A DNA stretch of 64,000 bases from Promethearchaeota archaeon (GCA_019058295.1 JAHPZI010000030.1:32001-96000), one strand, 5' to 3'. Positions 21,598-31,084 are shown, counted from the stretch's first letter. Numbers and translations: made by a program. The notes: generated from the letters alone by a model not told the origin.

Positions 21598-22707
21598 CTA
21601 GTTAATTTCTAATAATTTCTTCTTAATAAAATCAAAACAGACTTGAATGGGATTTTCAAATTTATTAATTTTTTCACTAAATGACAAATTGAATCTATCA
21701 CTAGAAGGTGTTTGACTAAGAATCTCGGTTGATCTTTCAATTATTTTTTCTGGGTCTTTAATATGTTTTAAAGGAAAGCCGTTTTCTATCAAAAAATTTT
21801 CTTGTGGTGCTGTATCTCCTGGAAAATATTCTATACTTGGTACATTTAAAAGACTCGATTCGCGGACGATAGTGCCTCCACCACTTATTATTAATGCTCC
21901 ATAAAAACAAAGATCGACTGAATTTGATAAATAACGAGTGATTACAACATTTTTATTACCTGAAAAATTCTTAAGTTTACTTCTTAGAAAGTTTTCTTGT
22001 TTTTTCGTTCGGACTAATAGAAAATATTTGTGATTCGGAAATTCTTTATAAAGTTGTGGAAAGAACTCTGTTATTAATGTTTCTTCTGCCTTAAGTTTTT
22101 CAATAAAGTAAGACGCAAAACTCGGTTCGCTTCTTATTATGACATAATTGCCTTTTTCTAAATCAAATTTTTCTAAGATTTGAGGGTTCGGAGTATATTC
22201 TGAAAGCCATCCTATCTCATCAATCCCATTATAACGTATTAATTTACTAGGATCAGCATTCAGGCGTGTATACCATTCTTGAGGGACACATTGAGGTGTA
22301 ATAATTTTATCTAGAAATGGTAAAATTAATTTACAAACTGGTTCATTACGAGGTTCATCATTGAAACCTATTGATTGAAATTTTAGGCCATAAGCAATTC
22401 TAGTCCCTTCAACTGATGAGAATGTTACAAAATAATCTGGTTTAAACCGCTTAACAACTGGAAAAAGTTTTGATAATCGTTCTATATATTGTTTTAATTT
22501 ATCTTCTAATTTTTCCCCTCCATGTTTTCCAATTTTCTCATAATTTACTCCTTGATCGTCTAAAATTTGATAAGTAGAATCATAATCCCTTGCTGTTATT
22601 TTTAATTCAATCCCTTCATTATGAAACATATTAATTAAGGGAATAAACATTTGTGCCGTTTTAGGCTCTTCTATGTCAAGCCACAGCTTTTTACCCGAAA
22701 TAGTCAT
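21598..22707 (-). CDS. DUF354 GT-B-fold protein
   Basis: WLDI, ITARDY, IGKHGG, GGGTIVRESSLLNVPSI. Confidence 0.82.
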   Translation of the reverse strand: MTISGKKLWLDIEEPKTAQMFIPLINMFHNEGIELKITARDYDSTYQILDDQGVNYEKIGKHGGEKLEDKLKQYIERLSKLFPVVKRFKPDYFVTFSSVEGTRIAYGLKFQSIGFNDEPRNEPVCKLILPFLDKIITPQCVPQEWYTRLNADPSKLIRYNGIDEIGWLSEYTPNPQILEKFDLEKGNYVIIRSEPSFASYFIEKLKAEETLITEFFPQLYKEFPNHKYFLLVRTKKQENFLRSKLKNFSGNKNVVITRYLSNSVDLCFYGALIISGGGTIVRESSLLNVPSIEYFPGDTAPQENFLIENGFPLKHIKDPEKIIERSTEILSQTPSSDRFNLSFSEKINKFENPIQVCFDFIKKKLLEIN

Positions 22708-22748
22708 GTCACTAACTCTTTTTATGTTATTATGAAAAGGGAATTAAG

Positions 22749-23504
22749 TTATTTCCAATCATCTGGAATTTTTTTTAATATTTTAGCAGGATTCCCAACT
22801 ATTATATCTCCTTCTTCTGTATTTTTATTAACGACTGCCCCAGCTCCTACGATTGTACCTTTTTTTAATCTTATACCAGGAAAAATGATCGAATTTGCAC
22901 CAAGTGATACGTTATCTTCAATTGTAGGGCCAATTAACTCGAACTCCTTGCGCAGCATATATTTATCATTAGTTAATTTACTATAGGGACCCATAAAAAC
23001 ATTATTACTAATTGAACAGAATAATGGAATATATGCACCTGTTTGAATATTTGCTTTAATTCCAATTGAAACATTACCATCAATAATACAGTTTGTACCA
23101 ATTAAAGAAGAATCCCCTATTTTTGTTTTTTCTCGGATCAATACATTATGACCCGTTTGGCATTTTGCTCCAATACGAACATTGGAATAAATTATTGTTC
23201 CAGCTCGAATTATGCAGTTTTCATCGATAATCACTTCTGGCCCTTCAAAATCAGTTATTGATTTTTTACTTGCTATTACTTCTTTTAATTGATTTCTTTG
23301 AAAATGGCCAATAATGCAATTTTCACCGATATAGGTGCCGGTTTTAATTATTGCTTTTCCATAGATTTTTACTCCTTTAGATATGTAAACATCTCTCCCA
23401 ATTGAAACCCCTTTACCAATTACGACAAAATCATCGATAAAAGCTTTTTTATTAATATTAGTTTCAGGGTGGATTATTGAGAAACTTTTGGTACCTTTTT
23501 CCAT
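22749..23504 (-). CDS. Hexapeptide-repeat (left-handed beta-helix) acetyltransferase
   Basis: Hexapeptide repeats, TNDKY, VGAGAVV, VGNPAK. Confidence 0.9.
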   Translation of the reverse strand: MEKGTKSFSIIHPETNINKKAFIDDFVVIGKGVSIGRDVYISKGVKIYGKAIIKTGTYIGENCIIGHFQRNQLKEVIASKKSITDFEGPEVIIDENCIIRAGTIIYSNVRIGAKCQTGHNVLIREKTKIGDSSLIGTNCIIDGNVSIGIKANIQTGAYIPLFCSISNNVFMGPYSKLTNDKYMLRKEFELIGPTIEDNVSLGANSIIFPGIRLKKGTIVGAGAVVNKNTEEGDIIVGNPAKILKKIPDDWK

Positions 23505-23567
23505 ATAACCTCTCCAATTAAAATTAATATATATTTTAATAATCTATTTAAATAAATTTTAAATTAA

Positions 23568-23861
23568 TTATTTTACGCATCGGCATGGAATAGAATTGCA
23601 TTTGCTACATTTATTTGGATACTTATCAAATAAAGCCTTTTCAACATCAATATCTAATAAATTTGCTAAAGAATTAGCCCAAGCAATTATATCTGCTATT
23701 TCTTCCGAAGCTTTTTCTTTATTAATTTTTTGATCCTTTATAATTCTTGCTAATTCTCCTATTTCTTCAACTAACCAAATAAATGTAGAATTTATCCCTC
23801 TTTTAAAATCTCGACTGAAATATATTTCTTTTATTTTTTTTTGAAAATCAGAGATTTTCAT
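23568..23861 (-). CDS. MazG-like nucleotide pyrophosphohydrolase
   Basis: WLVEEIGELA, EEIADIIAW, KYPNKC..C..IPC; ATG at 23861 preferred. Confidence 0.88.
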   Translation of the reverse strand: MKISDFQKKIKEIYFSRDFKRGINSTFIWLVEEIGELARIIKDQKINKEKASEEIADIIAWANSLANLLDIDVEKALFDKYPNKCSKCNSIPCRCVK

Positions 23862-23931
23862 AATTATTAAACCAACAAGTGCTCTCAATAAAATTATAAA
23901 ATAGAGAAATTTTGGTTTTGAATATTACTAT

Positions 23932-24185
23932 TTAGCCTCCTCCGGCTCCTGGAGTTAAAATCCAAGTAAACATTCCAAGATGTCCTAGAATTACGATTAA
24001 AATTAAGGTCGCTGCCAGCAATACCGTACTTATTGGACCAATTTTTACACCTATGCTTGAATCCTCAAAGAAGCGCATTTAATCTTTTAAGAGATTTATT
24101 CTGTTAAAATTAGACCTGCGCCTCCAAGTGGCATCGGACTAGTTTTACTTCTTCTTTTTTTCCTTCTTGACTGTCTACGAGACAT
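23932..24185 (-). CDS. secG: Preprotein translocase subunit Sec61beta/SecG, two exons: 24185-24111 and 24078-23932 (73 aa spliced)
   Basis: Spliced product MSRRQSRRKKRRSKTSPMPLGGAGL|MRFFEDSSIGVKIGPISTVLLAATLILIVILGHLGMFTWILTPGAGGG has the Sec61beta pattern AGLxRF.E...K..P..V plus a single TM; absent from the ORF track. Confidence 0.9.
24079..24110 (-). other. 32-nt bulge-helix-bulge intron in secG mRNA
   Basis: RNA GGAGGCGCA-GGUC-UA^A-UUUUAA-(13 nt)-UUAAAA-GAUU-AA^A-UGCGCUUCU; removal restores frame and motif. Confidence 0.88.
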
Positions 24186-24287
24186 AATTATAATTGTGCC
24201 GTAAGTTATTTTAAAAACTCTACTATAAAAAGATTATACTACTAAAAATTTAAAATTTTACCTTAATTAATTATTTTTAGATAATTT

Positions 24288-26123
24288 ATGTTAAAAAAAA
24301 GAAAAATTATATTTGTCCTAACTGGAACCCTTATAACTCTTGTTATACTTTCATTCATTCCATTTTCTTCCGAAGCATCCTTTAAAGATCAAACTATTAT
24401 CGAATATCCTCGTAGTTCTGCCAGTTTAGAAGGTTCAGAAAATATTTTAATTACCAGTATTAATCGAGAGGCAGAATTAAACGGTTATGGAGTAGTCAAT
24501 ATCATTGATTCGATAGTATTCAATAATTTAAATACCAATCCGATCGATTCTATTTATATTGGGGTGCCCGTAACATATTCTGATGATTTAATATTTTTTG
24601 AAGCAACTGGAGAGCAAGAGAATACATTATTAGTTGAACGTAGTGAAAATATTATGAATGAATATGAGATGTTCGCGATTTATTTTGAGTCACCCCTGTT
24701 GCCGTATCGACCAAAAGAGATAAAATTTGCCCAAACTTATAAAGACATGTTAATTTATGAAAAAAAAGAAGCTCAGCTACAAAAAATTAACTACTCCGCT
24801 ATTGTATATCCCGTTTTTCCATATAAAGCAGAAGGGAGTATAATTGCGACGTTTGAAATACCCTCTAGCTCGAGTTTAATAGAACCAACAGATTGGGGGA
24901 CTAAATCCCCAGACAGCAGATCAGTCATTTACGAAGTCTCCTCACTTGAACCCTTCTTAGAAGATTTAGAAGACGAAACAATTACAATCGAATTTACAGA
25001 TAATTTGAAAACCAAATTAGAAATAAATGAACTACTTAGAGAAATTTATATAAATCCCTTTGGAACTATTAAAGTAAAAGAAGAGTATTTAATAAAAAAC
25101 ACTGGTGCTATCTCCATTGATGAGTTAAATTTTGAAATTCCAGGACCTGCCAAATCGATAACCGTATATGATGATTTGGGTGAAATTTTAGGAGTAACTG
25201 TTGATCCTGAAGAAAATTATAGTAATCTAACTTATAAAGATCTAGAACTTGATTTATCTGAGAATCGCGTAAAAATTAACCCTGAAACTAAATTTAAATT
25301 CACTATTCAATATTTCTTGCCATTTGAAAAGTATATTTCCTTAAATTGGTTTCAACAATCAGTTAAAATGGATATTTTAACATCAATTTATCAATATTTA
25401 GGAAAAGATCAAACAATAAAAATAATAATAGAAGGATGTTTCAGCTTAGATTTTGCAAGCGATGACCCAGATGCTATTGAGCATACTGCAAATTCTCTAA
25501 TATTAGTATATACATCCGATTACGTCAGTCCTTTAGAAAGAAAAGAAATACAATTCACGTTTACAATTAATTTTTTCGATATTATATTAAGACCCTTAAT
25601 TTTTATTATTTTGATTGCTTTATGCGCATCTGCTTATGTATTAATAATTAAATCTAGAAAGGAAGAGGCTACTATAACTGCTTTTAGAAAAGAGTTAATT
25701 CCCATTAACGAAATCCGTGAATTCTGTTCTTTACTCGAAGAGAAAAACGCTTTAATTTTAGAAATTAGACAAGCAGAGGCAGATGTAAGGAGAAAGAAAA
25801 TTATAAAAAAGAAATATAAAAACATTTTAAATAAAAATACTTTAAAAATTCAAGAAATTGAGAAAGAAATTATTCCTTTTAAAAAAGAAGTTATGGACAT
25901 AAATGCTACATTCGAAAATTTAGTAAAAAAAATAGAACTACTTGAGGTTGAGCGTGAAAGCGTGAAAGATAGTTTGAATCTTCTAGAAGCTCGCTATAAA
26001 AGAGGACGATTGCCTTCTAAATCAGCTTATATGAAATTATCAGATAACTTTTTTAAACGACAGAAAAAAATAGATAGAAGTATTGATAAAAGTATTCAAC
26101 AATTAAGAAGCTACCTGCTATAG
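24288..26123 (+). CDS. Ribophorin I (OST1)-like oligosaccharyltransferase accessory subunit
   Basis: Signal anchor, two luminal beta domains (INREAELNGYGVVNI; LLREIYINPFGTIKVKEEY), TM helix, cytosolic coiled coil. Confidence 0.7.
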   Translation: MLKKRKIIFVLTGTLITLVILSFIPFSSEASFKDQTIIEYPRSSASLEGSENILITSINREAELNGYGVVNIIDSIVFNNLNTNPIDSIYIGVPVTYSDDLIFFEATGEQENTLLVERSENIMNEYEMFAIYFESPLLPYRPKEIKFAQTYKDMLIYEKKEAQLQKINYSAIVYPVFPYKAEGSIIATFEIPSSSSLIEPTDWGTKSPDSRSVIYEVSSLEPFLEDLEDETITIEFTDNLKTKLEINELLREIYINPFGTIKVKEEYLIKNTGAISIDELNFEIPGPAKSITVYDDLGEILGVTVDPEENYSNLTYKDLELDLSENRVKINPETKFKFTIQYFLPFEKYISLNWFQQSVKMDILTSIYQYLGKDQTIKIIIEGCFSLDFASDDPDAIEHTANSLILVYTSDYVSPLERKEIQFTFTINFFDIILRPLIFIILIALCASAYVLIIKSRKEEATITAFRKELIPINEIREFCSLLEEKNALILEIRQAEADVRRKKIIKKKYKNILNKNTLKIQEIEKEIIPFKKEVMDINATFENLVKKIELLEVERESVKDSLNLLEARYKRGRLPSKSAYMKLSDNFFKRQKKIDRSIDKSIQQLRSYLL

Positions 26124-26173
26124 TAGCTATTTTGGAAAAGAAAATAATTTTACTTAAAAATTTGGAGTTATTT

Positions 26174-26797
26174 ATGAAACCTTGGTTATTTGATATTCTT
26201 GCCTGTCCCATGGATAAATATTTCCCCCTAAAATTATATATTTTTTCTTTTGAAACTAAAACAGATGAATTTCAATCAAATTTAGATATATATCAAGAGA
26301 GAGACCTTGATTTGATTAAAAACCAAAAAATTATTGAAATCTCGGAAGATAAGGGAAATTTATATATTAAAGACAATATTATAATTGAAAAAAATCCAGC
26401 CGAGACATATTTTAAACTTGTTATTTCAAGTATTAACGAATTAAACAATATTATAGATAAATCACCTCATGATATTACTAAAAAATGTTTTGCTATTATT
26501 TTAACTGAAATTCATGATAAAATCTTAGAATTTTCAAAAAATATTAATGCAGAAAAAATTGAAAATCTATTACCTGAATTATATTTTCTAAATAAAATTA
26601 AAATTGAAACTGAAATCGAATCTGGATTATTATTCTGCGAAAAATGTAATCGTTGGTTTCCAATCATAGAGACCATCCCTCAAATGCTTCCTGACGAATA
26701 TAGAGATAAAGAAAAAGATACTCAATTCCTTAAAACCAATAAAAATTTATTGGATGACGAATTTCTAAAACAAGATCTAAAACCTTTTAAACTTTAG
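26174..26797 (+). CDS. Trm112-like protein with large internal insertion
   Basis: MKPWLFDILACPMDK...EIESGLLFCEKCNRWFPIIETIPQMLPDEYR; GGAG SD before ATG 26174. Confidence 0.82.
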   Translation: MKPWLFDILACPMDKYFPLKLYIFSFETKTDEFQSNLDIYQERDLDLIKNQKIIEISEDKGNLYIKDNIIIEKNPAETYFKLVISSINELNNIIDKSPHDITKKCFAIILTEIHDKILEFSKNINAEKIENLLPELYFLNKIKIETEIESGLLFCEKCNRWFPIIETIPQMLPDEYRDKEKDTQFLKTNKNLLDDEFLKQDLKPFKL

Positions 26798-26832
26798 ATT
26801 TCTATCAAATTTTAAAACCAATAATTAGCTAT

Positions 26833-26935
26833 AGCCCGGTGGTGTAGTGGCCAAGCATTTGGGGCCTTGAACCCCGCGACTATTCGTCCCGATACGAGGT
26901 GCATCGTGAACACGGTTCGAATCCGTGCCGGGCTA
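26833..26935 (+). tRNA. tRNA-Gln(TTG) with 30-nt intron at position 48/49 (26881-26910)
   Basis: Acceptor AGCCCGG/CCGGGCT+A, D arm GTGTAGTGGCCAAGCAT, anticodon TTG 26867-26869, T arm CACGG-TTCGAAT-CCGTG; 73 nt after removing the insert. Confidence 0.88.
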
Positions 26936-27055
26936 TTTATAATTATTTTCTATAATTTTCTCTATTTCCTTATATTGGAAAATAAAATATTTTATTGTAG
27001 TAAATATTTTAATTTTTAATTTAATAAGCTCAATGACAACAATTAAAAAAAAAAA

Positions 27056-28432
27056 ATGACCTCTATTATAAAACTTAAATGGGGTATTGTTGAAATCATA
27101 TATTTAGTAATAGTTTTTGCCATTGGCTTTCTAATCACCCTATTAATTACTCCATATATTATAAAGTACATGAAAAAGAAAGGAAATGTTGGTTATGATA
27201 TCCATAAAAATGCTCGACCTGAAGTTGCAGAATCTGGAGGAATAAGTATAATCATCGGAATATTTGCAGCAGCTCTCCTTTCAATTATGTTATTTCCTAT
27301 TTTATTTAATATTATCTTGATTTTTATGATTACAATAGGTCTAGCCGCTGTTATAGGATTGATTGATGATATAAAAAAATTGCGTTCAAGATGGAAAATA
27401 GCTTTAACAATTTTCACGGGAAGTGCTATCTTTTTTGCTAATCTTTTTAATTTTATAAAAATTTCATCTCCAGTACTCCCTTTTGTAGGTAAAACGAGAT
27501 TGACATTGATATATCCATTATTAGTGCCGATAATCGTTGCAGTGTTTGCAAATACAGTGAATATGATGGAAGGTTATAACGCGGAGGGGAGTGGAACGTG
27601 TTTAATTGCCGTATGCTTTTTATTTATCTGTGCTATAATTTGGGATTCCGCTGAAGCCGTTCTTTTTTCAATTATGGCTATTGCTGTGTTAATACCATTT
27701 TTCATGTACAATAGATATCCCGCAAAAGTTTTTCCGGGAGATATTGGTACATTATGTATGGGTGTAATGATTGCGTGTATAGCATTATTTGGTTCTCTCG
27801 AAGTTGTCGTATTTTGCTTACTTCTAATGCATATCTTTAACAGCTTTATTCTTCTCAGTTCAGTCAGAGGTTTTCTCGAAAGCTCAAAAATCCAAAACTC
27901 TATGGATGATATTATCCTTTTGGAAGATGATAGAATAAAAGCGTCAGATCAACCAAATGCTGCATTAACTTTACCCAGATTGATACTCGCCAAAGGTCCT
28001 TTAAATGAAAAAGAATTAGTTTTAAATTTTTTCATAATTTCGATTATTTGTGGCTTTTTTTCAATAATCACAATACTAGTTATTGTATGGATTAATAGAA
28101 GTTTAGATTTTATGATAGTTATTTTCACTGGCATTATTCTTTTAATCCCAACTACGTATTTTTTATATAAATTTAACAGAATCAGAGGCATTATTTTCTT
28201 AATGGTTGGGCTGTTAGTAGGAGGTGCATTTTTCTTAATTTTTGTTGATATATACATAATGCATCTCCCTTTTTCTGATATTGATTTAATTTTTATAATA
28301 ATTCCAATAAAAGAATTAATAGCTATTGTATTATTTATTCCTGGATTAGTATTATTTTATTTTATTACAATTAAATACTTCTGGATTCAAATTAATAAAG
28401 GAAAAAAAATAGAGGCTAAAAAATCAGTTTAA
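27056..28432 (+). CDS. UDP-GlcNAc:dolichyl-phosphate GlcNAc-1-P transferase (AglH/ALG7/MraY family)
   Basis: GYDIHK..RPEVAESGG, GLIDD, NTVNMMEGYN, YPAKVFPGDIG. Confidence 0.88.
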   Translation: MTSIIKLKWGIVEIIYLVIVFAIGFLITLLITPYIIKYMKKKGNVGYDIHKNARPEVAESGGISIIIGIFAAALLSIMLFPILFNIILIFMITIGLAAVIGLIDDIKKLRSRWKIALTIFTGSAIFFANLFNFIKISSPVLPFVGKTRLTLIYPLLVPIIVAVFANTVNMMEGYNAEGSGTCLIAVCFLFICAIIWDSAEAVLFSIMAIAVLIPFFMYNRYPAKVFPGDIGTLCMGVMIACIALFGSLEVVVFCLLLMHIFNSFILLSSVRGFLESSKIQNSMDDIILLEDDRIKASDQPNAALTLPRLILAKGPLNEKELVLNFFIISIICGFFSIITILVIVWINRSLDFMIVIFTGIILLIPTTYFLYKFNRIRGIIFLMVGLLVGGAFFLIFVDIYIMHLPFSDIDLIFIIIPIKELIAIVLFIPGLVLFYFITIKYFWIQINKGKKIEAKKSV

Positions 28433-28502
28433 TATTAGAGTAATTTAAATCTCTAACATAAGAAAAAATATTAAAATATTTAGAAAAAATTAGGTATTCC
28501 TG

Positions 28503-31049
28503 TTGAAAAAATATAATAGGTTCTTCTTATTGGTTTTTTATATTATCTTTTCACCCAGTCTATTCTATTTTTTTTATTTTATTGTATTTCCTCATGGTGT
28601 TGAGATTTTAACAGATTGGACTTTATATCCTGTTATTTTCCTTTTTCTATTATCTATAAATGAAATTTACCACTGGGCAAAAATTGGAAGACGTTCTGAA
28701 TTAAGCGATCTAGTAGCTATCGCTCTTTTCTTTTTCATTATTTTTTTTATAACGAAAGATTTGTTAACATCTCTTATGGGGGCATTTTCCATCTATTTAT
28801 GGGCAGGTATTATTGAATTACGAGAATATCCTATAATAAATAAAATTTTAATTATCTCTTTAGTAACTTACAATGTAATCTTTATTGCAGGTTTAATATC
28901 TTTTTACTATGAGGATCCCTTTTATATTAATACCGCTTTTGCGTTTTCGTTCTGGATAATTCTTGGTTTAGGATTTTTATTGTTTGGCAGAAAGTATATT
29001 ATTGTGTGGAGATTTATGAGTCCCGCTTATTTACTTCTGTTTTTATATATAATAGCATGGATAGCAATCATATTTATTAATCAATATACTCCCCTCGAAT
29101 TTTTATCTATGTCTCCTTTAAGTTCTGATAATCCTACACCACTTGATTTTATTATGAATATCTATTTTGTTTTAATTATTGTGAATTGGATTGTCTATTT
29201 TATCTCAGGGATTATCTTGGATAAGCTATTAGGAATTAAAAGAGTAAAAGACAACAAAGAATTTCTGGAAATTGTCGAAAATGTTAAAAATGATATTGGA
29301 ATAAAAGGAAAGGTAAAAGTCGGTTTTGGCAAATATCCAATACTAAATGCAATGGCATATGGTGCCTTTTTTGATAAGAGAATTGCTGTTATTGCTGAAG
29401 ATATAGATCAAATTCCTGAAGATGAAATGAAAGGAATAGTTGCCCATGAATTAGCACACACAAAAGGAAACCATACTCTTATATTAACCTTTATTGCAAC
29501 AATCGATATGACAATTCGTATGCTTCTTGGCTTTCCTGCAACCTATTACGATTATACTTTTAGTAATCCAGAAATTCCAATGATCGGATTTATCTTTTTA
29601 AATATTGTGTTGTATATGTTTTTCTTTATTTTTATCAGATTTTTAGAGGGTAAAGCAGATTTAAAAACAAAAAAGTCGGGTTATGCTAAAGAACTTGCTA
29701 AAGCTCTTTATAATTTGGAAAGTTTTTATGCAACTGGACGAGAATTTGGATTAAATACTATGCTTTTGTGTAAAGAAAAAATAACAAAAGATAATCAACT
29801 TTTAGATTACATGGATACTGCTAATTACATTAACCAATCAATAATTAAACCTAAAAGAGGATCTCTTTTAGCTAATTTAATGAATTCACACCCTCCCACC
29901 TATTTTCGAATAGCAGCACTTCTAGGTGAAGAACTAAAACCTGGCAAGGAGGCTTTACTTCCATTTATCTGCTTAAAAAGATCGAAGCAAAAAAAATACG
30001 CCAAAAAATTTGAAAAGGCTCGTTTTGCGTTTAAAATTATTGCAAACGAAAAATTTAAAGAATCTTTTAATATTGAAAATGTATCTTTATTGCTTGAGAA
30101 TTTAAATAGACGTGAAATATATGAAATAGAATTAAAAAGAGACTTTATATTTAAAAATAAAATTACTGACGAAATTATATTTGGCAAGTTAGAAGATGTT
30201 CAATTTCTTGATGATATTTGCGATAGTGATCAATATATTATTACTGATTTAAAAACGTCCCAAAAATTACATCTAAATACCTCACTCTACACAAAAACGC
30301 AAGTAAATTTGAACAGTATATATTTCTTCAAAAAGAACACACCAATGATTCTATCAGATATTGAATTAAATATAGAAAAAATAGGTGGAAATTATGTTTT
30401 TTTAGATAAAGATGGTAATAAAATTCTTAAACCAATAACAAAAACAAAATTACCCCTTTCAGTTGATAATATTAAAAAGTTTAAAGATCATGAAATTTTT
30501 TTAAAATTGAAAGGAGAATTAAAGATATATAGATGTATAAATGTAATTTCTAAAGAAATCTTTAATGATTATGAGTTAGAATTTAGTAATACTATTGAAA
30601 ATCCTATTCAACGTCAAGAATCTCTTAATTTCAAACTTAGTGAATTAATTATTAGACCTAGAAATATTTATTTCTCAATTAGTCGAAATGTTTATTTTCG
30701 AAAATATGAAATAGAATTATTCAATTGGTTGTTAAACAATCAGATTCGCGTTTTTATTTATCTTAAAAAACCCGTAAATAATTTAGAAATTGGAAAGATC
30801 CTTAAATTAAATGTTAATTTTGAAGGCATTGAAAAAGATTTAAATAGTAATGATAAAAATAATAACGATTTTATAATCATAGAAAATATCTTTGGAAAGG
30901 AAATAAATATTCCGTATAAACTCTTAGAATTGATAACATTTAAATGGGATACGGCAATGATACAAAAAAAATCCGAAACCAGCTTATTTAGCCGGATTGG
31001 ATATAAAATTATGAATAAATTTAAACCAGAAAAGGTTCTCTATCAATAA
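28503..31049 (+). CDS. Large membrane M48 (HtpX/Ste24-like) metalloprotease
   Basis: NAMAYG, HELAH, EGKAD, SHPPTYFRI; many TMs; long soluble C-terminus. Confidence 0.85.
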   Translation: MKKYNRFFLLVFYIIFSPSLFYFFYFIVFPHGVEILTDWTLYPVIFLFLLSINEIYHWAKIGRRSELSDLVAIALFFFIIFFITKDLLTSLMGAFSIYLWAGIIELREYPIINKILIISLVTYNVIFIAGLISFYYEDPFYINTAFAFSFWIILGLGFLLFGRKYIIVWRFMSPAYLLLFLYIIAWIAIIFINQYTPLEFLSMSPLSSDNPTPLDFIMNIYFVLIIVNWIVYFISGIILDKLLGIKRVKDNKEFLEIVENVKNDIGIKGKVKVGFGKYPILNAMAYGAFFDKRIAVIAEDIDQIPEDEMKGIVAHELAHTKGNHTLILTFIATIDMTIRMLLGFPATYYDYTFSNPEIPMIGFIFLNIVLYMFFFIFIRFLEGKADLKTKKSGYAKELAKALYNLESFYATGREFGLNTMLLCKEKITKDNQLLDYMDTANYINQSIIKPKRGSLLANLMNSHPPTYFRIAALLGEELKPGKEALLPFICLKRSKQKKYAKKFEKARFAFKIIANEKFKESFNIENVSLLLENLNRREIYEIELKRDFIFKNKITDEIIFGKLEDVQFLDDICDSDQYIITDLKTSQKLHLNTSLYTKTQVNLNSIYFFKKNTPMILSDIELNIEKIGGNYVFLDKDGNKILKPITKTKLPLSVDNIKKFKDHEIFLKLKGELKIYRCINVISKEIFNDYELEFSNTIENPIQRQESLNFKLSELIIRPRNIYFSISRNVYFRKYEIELFNWLLNNQIRVFIYLKKPVNNLEIGKILKLNVNFEGIEKDLNSNDKNNNDFIIIENIFGKEINIPYKLLELITFKWDTAMIQKKSETSLFSRIGYKIMNKFKPEKVLYQ

Positions 31050-31084
31050 AGTTTATTTTAAATGCGTTTTTTAAAGAATTCATA

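Noticed and set aside
23932-24185. secG as a frameshifted pseudogene
   Set aside because: Both exons are intact and the insert boundaries coincide exactly with canonical BHB cut sites
26833-26935. tRNA-Ser(TGA) or tRNA-Sec with a long variable arm
   Set aside because: A1-U72, A73 and the D arm fit Gln; the TGA register breaks the anticodon stem; no TCA anticodon
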